A stretch of 64,000 bases of DNA from positions 10,230,001 through 10,294,000 of the forward strand of contig OZ281496.1 of assembly GCA_965637545.1 (NCBI GenBank). The letters run 5' to 3'. Origin of the DNA: Phallusia mammillata. Taxonomy: Eukaryota. Position 1 is the first letter of the stretch; the number at the start of each line of letters is the position of its first letter. Below are positions 1 to 12,192 of the stretch, one piece after another. The notes under the pieces are model-generated. The model ran no database searches. It was not told where the DNA came from and saw only the letters and a list, made by a program, of their open reading frames with translations. The translations under genes and the position numbers were made by a program.

Positions 1-189
1 TTCAAAAGACAAGTAAGAAAGTTAATAATGGAGCACAAAAACAAACATTTGTATTGATAATATCATTTATACAGTAGTGCTCATAATATTTTACCAATGC
101 AACAAAAATTGCACAAAATTGGGTTAATACATGTGTTAAATCTGTGTTGTATATTTTAAATTTGACAAAGTATCTTTAGTTTGATCAAT

Positions 190-830
190 AAATTAAATCA
201 CCTACCTTCACTTCCAGCATAAAGGACGATAAGCATTCCTATCCAGCAAAGAAACAGAACCATCATATCAAAGACATTTTTAAGTACGACGTATATTTGA
301 CGTCAAACTGATTAAAAACTGCGTATTTTACACGAAAAAAGAACACTTTGACTGCAGTATGCAAAAACACTTCCAAAAGGTAATTACAACTACGCTTGTA
401 ACCACTCACGCGCTTTGTTGGGCTGATTACACGCAACATAACAGAACAAGCAAATGCATCCGTTATAAATCAGCTCTGTGTATTAATTTGAAAAATGAAA
501 CGCTAAAAAAGGCAATCAGATATTCCTGATGCCATGCACCGAGTATAGGAAAGCAGCAATTAGTAAATATTTAACCTATCAGTATTTGAAATCGACACCA
601 AAGCATTTTATAACTGATGAGGGCATTGTCCTTTTACATATCATCCAGGCGGTATCTTATAAAGCATATTTTTTTCTAACAGTTTTGGAGTGTCTTGTAT
701 TCGGTGTTGGTATACGTTTGTGCTGATGACTGTGCTTTGAAAAATCACATCAACTTTCAAAAACCTAAAACAATCTTTCGTTTTTTTTTCAATGCCTTAT
801 TGTTTAAATCAATTGTGTTTAAGCTATCAT
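190..830. repeat. Dispersed non-coding repeat, unclassified family
   Basis: 430-830 aligns by eye with 37410-37800 (e.g. ATCAGCTCTGTG...GAAACGCTAAAA.AGGCAATCAG.TATT). 190-520 aligns with 51370-51680 (CCTT.ACTTCCAGCA, AACAAGCAAATGCATCCGT.ATAAATCAGCTC). Confidence 0.7.
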
Positions 831-2965
831 ATTTCGTGAGAGCCAACTTTTGAGACCCCCAAAATGTTATGTGTTGTTATGTTTTGCAAGTGAAACCGTT
901 AATTTGTTTGGTCCAAATCAACGCACCCTTAACGAATTAAAAAATGGAGTTTTCTACGTTTCGGTAAACAGAATGATTTTCTGCAAGTTATTGGGATTTC
1001 TGTTTGATATAAAAAAAAACACTACTTGGTTGGACGTTTTAGCAGATACATGATAATCAAAAAAGCATAGTCCAGCACCACAAATTACAACTAATAAACA
1101 TTTTACATGAAACATATCAGAACATTCTCTAGTATATTACTTCCATCTGACAAAGGGCATCATATAATGTAAAACAATAACAATGCATTTGAACTGCTCT
1201 TTATCGCCACCAATGGTGTTGTCGTGTGTTTACCAAAGTCTTGGCGTCGAACCAAGTTGAAAGTCTGTTGTTATCTGCCACTGATGTCTTCATTTCTTAT
1301 ATTTAGTCTCTGGTGACCATACACAGAACACACTTACTTGCAAAAGGTCTACGACATATATAAGTTATAATACGCCAAGCCTATTGAAGCCGTTATACCG
1401 AATCCTTCCAGGTTTGCGCTTGGACAACATGTTATATAGGCTCAGTGTAAAGAGTACAATCTAGATAATATCATTATCAAAACTAGTCTCAAACCAACGC
1501 ACAATGCGATATTTCGAAAACTAAAAAATATACAATTCCCAAATTTTACCACAATATTCTACGCTTTTTAAGCTTTTTAGCGCACAAACTTCTGACAGAA
1601 AGTTTATAATTCGCGTATTTTAGTTTATATTTATCGAAATGAACATGATGAGATCATCGCATCAACGCCACACTTACACAAAATGTTCTATGAATAGTGC
1701 TTACTTCGATTTTTCGTCGCCGTATGTCTGATGTTCAAAGTCACCTTAAAGCGCATAGTTGTTTTAAGGGCAAGCTGTAATTCAGTGTGTTTATTATACC
1801 ATTTCAAACCTTTAGTCCGTAAGTTAGATCGAGTAATCGAGATAAATACTGTTTCAACACTCTTAGAAACACTGTATTGTATCTGGACTGATTTTAAGTC
1901 GATCGCAGGTGTTACAGAAAATAATATGAGTAGTTGTTTTGTAATACGTTTTTGAGGAATGCTGCTGTTGCTGTACATAGATGACTTTATTTTGAGAATA
2001 ATGCACTACATACCAATGTGACTAAAACCTAAACAAATCGTTGGGGGCAATCATGCCTCTTTTTATATTGCAAGCAAAAATTGTATTCGCAGATAATTAA
2101 AATACTCTTCCTGTAGGCTAGATACTCCAATTAAAGGGCATCAACTTTACTTAAACACTGTGTTTGGACAAAATGCCTAAAACTACGTAAACAGGATGTT
2201 GATTTTGAATAATTGGAGCATGCATAGGTTGTTAAGTGCCTTGCCTTACCACAACGCCCTTTCGAATTTTAAACGGTGCTCTGCAGGCATCGTTAAATGT
2301 TTAATTTCACACCAATGGCCTTGTTAATCAATGGTTACAAAAAGCCGCAATAATTGTTAATGATTATTTTTAATCATTGTTAAATAACAGAGAACAAAGA
2401 CAGACTGTCAATTGTAGGCGTCCTACCGAATTAAGTCAGACTCTCGATATTCGATATTATGCCTTTAAATAACCTTGCCACATAAGATTGCTTGGAAGGC
2501 CGGCTTGATTCGCTATAACGCCTTTAATGTGCCTGGTGTAACTTCATCCAATCAAATAATAACGTTATAACGCCACGTAAGTGACATATACGTTGTACAT
2601 TACGGATGGCCAAATATGGGTAGAAGCAAATTCCTTATTATTTGGTTATGTGAAGCATTGCAATTGAGGTTAAATTGAACATGTAAAATGATCTAACAAA
2701 TCTTTGACAGAAACCGAAAGGATTTACAAAATTCCAGACGAAATCCCACCAATTTTATTTTTCATACAATTGTTTGCTCGTTTTTTGCGTTTATATTAAG
2801 GTATTACAAGTTTATAATCTTTATGGTATTACAAATTTAAAAACTATAAATATATTGTCAGTCCGGCTTTTTCAACACTGCACATTTTTAAGATTTTGTA
2901 AGCATGCGTTCACAAACATTTGATACGATAATGCATTTAACGTTATTTGATACAATAATGCATAT

Positions 2966-3157
2966 CAGGAATCGGCAACCTTTTTTGCACTGCCGACCGT
3001 TTATGAAACTGAAATGTTATCGCAGACCGGCCTTCAAAAAACTGCGAATATTTGACAATAAAAACACCTAAATTAGCTTATCATCCCCGGGATACACGAG
3101 GGGGAGAACTCTTTGCGGACCGGCACCGGGCCGCGGACCTGTGGTTGCCGACCACTG
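2966..3157. mobile_element. Non-autonomous hAT MITE
   Basis: Termini CAGGAATCGGCAACC / GGTTGCCGACCACTG. Body homologous (inverted) to 52668-52881. No clean TSD. Confidence 0.75.
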
Positions 3158-5021
3158 ATTTGTAGCATTCATAGCGTCGATTTGTACTGGGCCGTTGTAG
3201 TATAGCAATGTCCTTTGGACCAACTCTGTATGCACTTTGTATTCAAATTGAACATCCTGTTGATGCAAGTGTGTGCATTTTTAGTTCTACAAACCGGGTT
3301 CGTATTAAGTTTGTCCCCTCCAATATGTTTGAAAGGCTGCAGGAAAATTATGCAAATAATGCGTGCATAAAATTAGCGCTTACAATATAAAAGAGGCGTA
3401 TTTGGCCCAACAACAAGTTTTAGGTTTAAGTCTTGCTGTATAGTCGTTTTTAATGAACAGATTAGTAGTTTGACGTAAGGATGGTTAAAATTATATTCGA
3501 GTTGAATGGACCTTTAGCAGAACGGAAATATAGTTGAGTAGCGAACGTTTTAAATAACTAAGCCTTTTTCTTTATATAAATGATATGATTTAATCCGAAA
3601 CTTTTAAGGAACCAACCCTATGCTGATGTTTCCATGAGCTTAGTTTACATGATCCGTTTTTACGAAGACAAAATACATACTAACTTATAACTTATTTCTT
3701 ATTAGTAAAAGAGACCGTTACAAAAAATAGTGTCAATTTGTGGTCGACTGCATATTTTCTATAAAGTGGAAACAATCACATTATCGCACATGTAAAAAAA
3801 CAGTTAAATAAATATTAAAAATATTTGCAGTTTTAAAAACGAATACACGTTCTTGTATTGATAACATCACTAACAAAATATCAAATAGGATATCAGGAAA
3901 ATTAATTGCTGAATTAGAAATTTCATTAATAATCTGTTTTTCTTACCAAATAATAAAGCCCCTTTTTACTGGCAGAATAAAATAAATCAATTAAAAGCTA
4001 TTATATAGGGAAACGTGTTACATATTAGGAGCCGGCACAAGACCCTATTGCTACAAATAAGTTGGCCGTTGAGAATAATATGTGTTTCGTAGTTTAAAAT
4101 AATGAGTTGTACTTCTATGCTGCAACATACTTAGTTCTATCATGCAAGCAATGTAATTTTACACAAAACATTCTTCAATTTTAACCTAAATAATTTTAAT
4201 TAAACCAAAGCTTTGTTTTTACATAGAGGTCAAAAAGATGTTGAGGTTATTGTTGATGTTGATTTTGGTTGGATGCGTGCACAGTGAATGTAAGGGTGAA
4301 GATCTAAGTCTTGCCCCTAAACCTTATACAAGTAAGTTTTTTTTACTAGTTTTGTAAGAGCTGTGTGTAATCTGTGTGGTATATTATATAATGAGTCACC
4401 AGAGACTCTGTATAAGCGATGGAGACTATAACACACTAAGTTTAGTAAGCATTTCATCCACTGTAAATATCTTTCACTATAGTTTTAAGCATATTCAGTA
4501 CTTTTTTAAAAACAAAAATAGCATATGAAACAAATGTGCAAGTATAATATTATTTATAATCGGTGGATGGGCATAGACTTATAAAAGTTTACAGTCTATT
4601 TTTAGTATTGTAATAAATTGTTATGCGGTTTTGCCGTAAATGTTTTTACTTTCATAATAATGCCTTTCACCTACACTTTTTTAAATACTGCATGTAGGGT
4701 CCGACTTCCGAATTTTACTACGCTTTTTTAAGTGTTAAAATGCCATGAAAGTCCCGCATGCAAATTTTAAGCAGAAATATCGCATGGAAAATGTAGCCTA
4801 GTACGACCTCCATATGGTAATTGTGAACTTAGAATAGATGAACACAGGAGGTTCATATGCAAATTATGTAACAGAAAAAGAAACTTATAAATCACACATT
4901 TAAAGATGGAACGTGTACGTAGCTACTTATTTCATTGAAGTTACTTCGATAAACTATAAATGAAATATTTGTGTTTAAAAGCTTGTGTGGGTATTCATGT
5001 CATTTTTTTCCTGACTTGTAA

Positions 5022-5110
5022 ATCATACTACGTCAGGCTCATATAAGGTGCCATATCGAATCAGCCGATCACCGGAAAATCTACCAACACTATACCTCGT
5101 GGCAAACCTA
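5022..5110 (-). repeat. 3' part of tRNA-containing dispersed repeat (family T1)
   Basis: Minus strand reads TGCCAC...GATCGGCTGATTCGAT...CCTGACGTAGTATGA, matching the tail at 53850-53930 and 54190-54265. Confidence 0.55.
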
Positions 5111-6401
5111 CATTTGGCCAATTTCCGATAGGTGGCGCAGAGAGCATTTTTGCCAAATGAAACGACATATCTATAAAAATGCTCACGGTTAAGGCCATTA
5201 AGGTAGGGGTATGGTATTAGCATTTAAAATTTAATAAAACTAGTAATATAACTTAATTTTTCATGTGAAATTTTCAAAAACTTACATCCTAACCGAATCC
5301 CTCTTTAGCTGCGAAATAAATATTTCAGGTCTTTGCGCCACTTATTAAAAATTAGTCAAATGTGGATCTGCCGTGAGGTATGGTGTTATGGACCCCACCC
5401 CAGTCACCAAGCGTTCCCACATATGCCAAAGTATAGGCCAGCACATCCACCAGGTCGGCGTAAACGCTATAGGGCTGATCCCATTTACGAATGTATGTTC
5501 ATCGGTTGTTAAACTGGCGAGCCCCTATTACGAAGATGACATGTGCAGATACGAGGTTGTAGCGGCAACATGTCAATGCCCGCCATATTGTATTGCTTTT
5601 CCCAAAACATAAGCACAGTTACGTACAGCTGGCTAGAAAACTAGCTTCCCGTACATTACAGAATATACACCGCTCTCGCGCAATATGCAACAAGTTCTTC
5701 CTGACTAATAAAATTCCACTTGACCGCTCACATCGACAGGAATCCTCCGCACACTATTGTGTATAAACAGCGATTTTGCTGAAAAATGCCATTGTTATGT
5801 TAACGTTTGGATAGGTAGCAGCTAAAGAAAAGGCTAACATGCGTCAGTCATGGGACTTTTAACGAAGGCTGAAAAACTGACTAAGTGTTTAAATAGAGGC
5901 TTATTCGCCGGCCAAACCAAAATTGCGGCCCTGAATTTGAGCCTTCCCGCAGCCATTAGACATACTAGGCCGAGTAGAAATAAATAATTAGTCGGAAAAT
6001 CAAAGTCGGACTTATTAGAGCTGAGACATAGAGTAGCAAGTTAATACTTAACCGTGCTTGTTAAACATTAATTATACCATTAAACATTTAAATTTGGTTT
6101 TGGATTCTTTTGTAATTTAGGGTTAATTGGTGTTTTCTCTTTAATTACGATTCTAATTGAATAAGACTGCTTGAAACATTTCTGTCCCTGACAACCAAAT
6201 AAACCATCAATGTAGTCAACGGATTATACAAGTGGTGTCTCCAAGGAATCTTGAGGCAGCAGTTTAAACTATAAACTTAGCGAGGCTGATAGCGCAAACC
6301 TATTGCGTTGTTAATTCGCGAGAGTAGCATTCACAGTACCATTAAGAACTCACACGAACCCCACAAGGCAGTCGGCTTCGACGGATTACAATTGAGACTG
6401 A

Positions 6402-6465
6402 GCCTGTGTAGCTTAGTTGGTAAAGCGCGAACCACAAAAACGCTCTTGTAGAAAGTTCTAATCCT
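6402..6465 (+). pseudogene. Degenerate tRNA-like sequence (family T1)
   Basis: GCCTGTGTAGCTTAGTTGGTAAAGCGCG...GTTCTAATCC. A-box and B-box are recognisable; anticodon arm does not pair. Confidence 0.65.
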
Positions 6466-6761
6466 TTTTTTGCCACATGGGAATGCTTGACGTCCGCTTG
6501 ATTTTATAACGACTTCCACAGGCCCGGAGTACTATAATAAACAACAAATTTACCTTACTATAGATAAAATTTACTCGTTTTACGAAATGGTTAAAACACA
6601 TTCAACTTCATAAAGGGCGCCTTACTTGCAATGGTTGATTTGTGCCCGTTTGCCGTAGACGAAGTGTGTATATTTTAAGGCCGGAACAATGCCATAATGC
6701 CAACATTTTTTCTAAAAAAGTTGCTTGTTACAATTAAAACTCTTCACATTTTTACGTTCAG

Positions 6762-9700
6762 AACCTGAAAATCTTTCGGTGTGCGAGAAACCGTACCGTG
6801 GTCCCAGATGTACCTGCCCTTTTTCCATGTTCGAATGTGCTTGTCACAAGTTTGGGGTGTGGTGACAAACCAGGATGCATTGAGATGAAGAAGGTAAATA
6901 ACTGGGGCAACGACTGTGGGGATTATAGTGACGAATTCGGTGATTATTGTCCTTCCGGTTTTCAGTGCCACTGTTTCAACACTACTTGCAATGGTGTGGT
7001 TGGTTGTGTACATTATCCGTGCAATGGCTTGGTTGATTGCCCTGATGGGAGCGATGAAGTTAATTGCAGTTGCCCAGCTGATGGGTTTGAATGTGACTGT
7101 TTGAAAACAAACAACTTATCAGGCCAAGGTAAATGCTTAGGCGACTTTTGGCTTTGGGTGGAATGATTGGAGTGATGAAGTGAACTGCTCTTGCTCAGCT
7201 GAAACCTTCGAATGCTTGCTACAAAACCAGCAACTGCACAGTTGATAATGCTTGTCAAGACAAGCAAATGGTTTGCAATGGGCAAAATGATTGCGGAGAC
7301 TGGAGTGACGAAATTAACTGCAATTGCCCACCTCATACGTTTGAATGCCCTTGTTACAAATCAAAAAACTGCACATCAAGTGTTGGTTGCATTAGGATGG
7401 ACGGAAAATGTAATGGATGGAATAACTGCGGTGACTGGAGCGACGAAATTAATTGCACGTGCCCAGCTGACTACTTTGAATGTCCGTGTTACAAAACGAA
7501 CAACTGTACTACACTAAATGGCTGCATCAACAAAAACGAACGGTGTAATGGAAAGAATAATTGTGGAGATTGGAGTGATGAGGTTAACTGCACATGTCCT
7601 GTTCATCAGTTCCAATGCTCGTGTGTTGCTTCGAAACAATGCAATATTAGTTCGGAAGGAAGTTGTATTGACCGATCTGAGATTTGCAATGGAAATCGTG
7701 ACTGTTTTGACGACAGTGACGAGACACATTACGCATGTAACTGCTCTGGAGTTTATGCAAGATGTCCGTGTGATCCTGGTCGCAAACATTGCCCATCAAC
7801 AGGAAGATGCATACCGTTTAAATGGTTAGGTGACAACATTACTGATTGCTCTGATAAGAGTGACGAACTTTGTTTATTTTCCAACTTTACATGTCAGTCT
7901 TGTACAATGTTTGCCACAACTTGTGAGAGTGGACTACTCGCCAAGTATCTTGTGCATTCCACAGTTCCACCAGAGTGCTCTGCAGTAATTCAACCATTCT
8001 GTGCTGATGACAGCAACAAGTGCGAAACCGGAAAAGTAATTTGTGTCTCAACAACATGTGAAATGGCTCCACATTTTTGCTGGGATTTGTTTATTTGTGA
8101 AAATCGGCAAATCGTAACCATCGGTGACTTTTGTAATTCTGTAAGTAGTTGTAGTGACAACAGCGACGAAATTAAGAGAGGAATTGGATTTAAATGCTCT
8201 GGATCATCGAGACAAGGTGTTTGTGTTTTACCTCAAGCAAACATCTACGATTCGTTTGCTCAATGTTCTGACAAATCAGATCTTTGCTTTATAAACGGTC
8301 AGTTTAGGTGCTTTCAATGTTTGGACAAAAAACTTATTATATCACCCAAGCAAGTTTGTGATGGCATAGTAGATTGCTTTGATATGTCAGACGAATGTTT
8401 ATGTCCAGATCAAAGCCTGTGTGACGAAATAAAAAGTGCTTGCCAATTTAATCATACAGCAGGTGCCAATAGCACCTTCTGCTCAGACCACAAAAAATAC
8501 TACTTATACGAGAAAAACTCGGAACAGCCTCGTTGTTTAACAGATAACGCAAATTGCCACAAAGTTAGTCGTACAGGACGATGTACTGGAATAGTTCGTG
8601 ATGGTATGTGGTTACGTGGTGAAGTAGGTTGTCCAAATATGTTTGATTGCTTCGCAAAACAAGAAATCAACATACATTTAAATCAAGTGTGCGATGGAAA
8701 AGTCGATTGCGACGACGGCTCAGACGAATTTACAGAACGTTGTCATAGTTCCCGATTTTGCTGCAAAAACAAAGCTAAGATTTCCATTGACAGAAAGACT
8801 GTTTGTGACGGAATTATCGATTGTGACAATGAATCTGATGAAAGAAAATGCAGTTGTGAAAAAGTAAGGTTTTATTGCACAAATAAAGAACCTTTGTCAG
8901 TGGAATGGAGACTGGTTCAAAATGGAATTCAGGATTGTTCAGACGGAAGTGATGAACGTGTGAACTTGGCAAGGGACGCGTTTGCAGATGTAAATGAAAT
9001 GATTGCCAATCCAATATACCGAGTAATTTTCTGGATAACATCTGTGTTAGCCATGGGAGGAAATACGATTGTTTTTGTTGCAACTGCTCACAGCTTATGG
9101 AAAGCAGACTGAAAGCAAAACGTGTTTATCAACACCAGTGTTTATGTACTGAACCTTAGTCTCTCCGATTTCCTTATGGGCGTTTACCTAGCTGTTTGCA
9201 ATTATTTTACAAGCAACTCGATTTTCTGGCTCGTATTGTTTGCACGATAAAGAATGGAGATCAAGTAGTTTGTGTTCAGGACTTGGAGCCCTTGCAATTG
9301 TGTCCTCTGAAGCATCAGCATTTACTCTGACAGCAATGACCACGTTTCGCCTTGTATCTGCCTTTAAACCTTTCACTATTCGAAGTGTAGGTGTAAGTAA
9401 AATTGTAGTTGCTGAACTGGTTTCCTGGATTACATCTATTGCGTTTGCAACAGTACCGTTGCTTGAAGTCACTTCAGGATACTTTACAACTGATGTTTGG
9501 TTTCCCAACAACTTTTTTGGAACCGATTTTGTTTCCCGAGAAAACATGACACTTCTTGCGGAACGAATTGCTAAAGTCAAACCACAAAGTTGGTTCTCCG
9601 TTAAACAAACCATCTCCGAGGCATTTTCTCGTAATCCACCCAGGGGAGAGTTTGGATATTATGGGGAAACGAGTGTTTGCATGCCAGGTTTGTTTGCCAC

Positions 9701-10151
9701 AACCAATGAATTCGCTTGGGAATATTCAACACTTCTTATCACGATCAACTTCCTCATGTTCGTCTACATGGTGGTTGCGTATGTCCTCATCTACAAACAG
9801 AGCAACCGCATGAAAGGATCCAGAAGCACTGATGTGAGCACCAAGATGCAGAAGAGGATCTCCAGGTTGATTGTGACTGACTTCTGTTGCTGGATTCCAG
9901 TTTGTGTCATGGGATATTTAAGTGTTGGAGGAATCAAGATGCCACCAGATGCTTATGTGTTGAGCGCTTGTCTGTTACTTCCAATCAACAGCGCCCTTAA
10001 TCCCTTGCTCTACTCCAAAGTAATAGAAGATCAACTAATCAATGTGAAGAAATGGGTGGTTGGAAAATGTGCATTTGTAGGTCGCTCATCGGAATTGGCT
10101 GTGAGGTACAACCCCGATGCAGAAGATAGAGTGATTGAGATTGTTGAGTAG
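6762..10151 (+). pseudogene. LDLa-repeat rhodopsin-class GPCR (RXFP/LGR type C/GRL101-like), disrupted
   Basis: ~14 D-x-S-D-E LDLa motifs in ORFs 6798-7166 and 7268-9112. These run into TM1 (YRVIFWITSVLAMGGN), TM2 (LNLSLSDFLMGVYL), YC.HD.EWRSS.LC, GYYG..SVCMP, DFCCWIP and LPINSALNPLLY. Splice acceptor TTTTACGTTCAG before 6762. Frameshifts near 6855, 7120-7215 and 9195; in-frame TGA at 9110-9112. Confidence 0.88.
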
Positions 10152-11736
10152 CATGACAATTTGAATTTTAATGCAAACATACTAACCACTAGACAAATTG
10201 GACCAATTTGTTTATTTCTTGTCTACGACTAATTTTTAGAGAACCAAATGCCGAACAAAATAAAAATTCGATTTGTACTGTTAGTTGCTGGTGTTTTGTG
10301 TTATATATTGTTTAATTTGTCGTTTTTATATTGCAACTTTTTACGTATGTTCAAAAAGTAGGCTAATTGAGGCCAATTTTCACTCCATACAATATATGGA
10401 GTGGCAAGTCTTTCGTGTTAGATGCTTTTATGTTTCTGTATGTATATACCGTAACTTATCCGTGTAAATCAAACTGTCACTGTCTAATACACTTTGAGAG
10501 GTGGCTGGTATTTTGTGCTAGATATTATCAAATAATTTATTTCCTTTTTTAAAGTATTTGTGTTGAAATATATTATAGAAATTTCGACTGCATAGTAACC
10601 TTTGAAAAATGGCTTATCGTTTCTGTTAGACATTGTTAAAGTTCTTCGTTACTGTATTTCTTCCTACTCAGTTTGTGTCAAAAACAATTATTACTGCGAA
10701 TTTGGACTGCGCAGTTCCCTTCAAAAATTGGCAAGCCGTTTGTGTTAAATATTATTGTCTTGTTCCTGTATTTTGTTTTTCAGTTTGATTCATTTGTGTT
10801 TATAAATGTGCATTTTGAAGAAAATTCGAATCTAAACTACGCTTTAAAAAGTGGCTCGTCTTGTGTGTACCAAATTGTTGAAATGTTTGTTCTGTATCTT
10901 GTTACTCGGATAAATAAATCAAATGTGACTAAGTTCGATTCTGTAGGTAAATTAAAAATTTACCGATTCTTTGTTAGGTATTCGCCGCAAGAGAAATACA
11001 ATAATAGTTAAGGCACAAGGTAACTTTGGGAACCAATTTGGCAAGTGCAGACTTTAAACTTAGTAGTTATATTCGGTCAGGCATATAAAGGATTCCGTAC
11101 CACGGTTTAATAACGAAGTCAAGTTTTAAGCATTGGTTCCTAGCCAGATTCTAGAAAGCTTATGACTCTGTTTTACTTTGTTGATTTACTTTTGTAAAAG
11201 TGGTTGGGGCCAAAGCGTGGTAGAAACGTTTTGTACCAGATGACTCAAATGCAATTAGTTATACGAGGCAAACAGTAAGGCGCTGATATTGATGCAAAAA
11301 AAAAATAACTGGGAATTGTACTTCAGGAAAAAAAACAGATAATCAAGCAATTTCGTAAACGTTATTCTTTAGTTTATGCATCCTAAAGTTTGGGACATAA
11401 GCTTTGGGGCAGAATATATTAAGCCTTTCCGTTCCAAACGTCCCAAAATATGAAAGTGATAATTTGAATACATTTCTCCCAAATTAGTATTTTACATATT
11501 GCCAACGAAGGTGCAACGATAATAAAGTTTATTTACAAATAGGCACTGCGTTATTTAACAGTGGTGTGTTAGAAGAACCGAAAGTGTTTACAACAACATT
11601 ATACACATAATGCGAAAAAAACTTTGTATCTAACAAAGAACATTTGATGGCTGATGCTGTTTCACCCAGTGATTTCATTTTCATTTTGTCAAATTACACT
11701 CATTTTGTGAAAGTCGCTTGTCATATGGGTTCAGGT

Positions 11737-11800
11737 TCGGTTCGGTTCGGTTCGGGTTCACTTGGTTTTGTTTTTAAGGGTTCGAGTTCGGTTACGGTTT
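11737..11800. repeat. (TTCGG)n-type short repeat
   Basis: GGTTCAGGTTCGGTTCGGTTCGGTTCGGGTTC...GGGTTCGAGTTCGGTTACGGTT. Related CCCGAA units occur at 29300-29350. Confidence 0.5.
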
Positions 11801-11861
11801 TTAAAAATTTATACATAAAAATAAATTTTGCAGAGATCACTTTGTATGATTAAACTACCTA

Positions 11862-12192
11862 GAGCTGTGGTTCTCAACCTTTTGTTGAACTTTTGGCCTC
11901 GTGGCCCCCCTTACAGTAACTTTTTGGCCTCGTGGCCCCCCTTAAGTAACCATGTAGGACCTGTGGCCCCCTTAAAATGTAGATAGCAATCTCGTGTTGG
12001 AATGCGATATTAATTTTGGCTTTAAACAGGTCTAATAGAGTAAACTGGCAGGTCTAATAGAGTAAATAAACCCTACTTTAAACAAACAGTATGTGAAATA
12101 GTCGATTAAATTCGGGAATAAAGTTTAAGTGATAATTACTTTTAGTGGGTGTTTCTTGTGAATTTACGCCGTGGCACCCCAGAACACAGCTC
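11862..12192. mobile_element. hAT-like MITE with internal short tandem duplications
   Basis: GAGCTGTGGTTCTCAACC ... AGAACACAGCTC imperfect TIR. Internal repeats TTTTTGGCCTCGTGGCCCCCC x2 and CAGGTCTAATAGAGTAAA x2. Confidence 0.55.

Noticed and set aside
614-745. CTGATGA motifs at 614 and 723 as hammerheads
   Set aside because: The first has no GAAA after the stem; the second has no pairable stem II.
9110-9112. TGA read-through (Sec/Trp recoding) rescuing the LDLa-GPCR
   Set aside because: A frameshift follows ~85 nt later, and there are further frameshifts upstream, so read-through alone cannot restore the receptor.
6744-9613. Overlapping alternative-frame and antisense ORFs in the GPCR (e.g. 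7212-7517, 7514-7789, 9188-9613)
   Set aside because: These are shadow ORFs of Cys-rich repetitive coding sequence, with no independent motifs.
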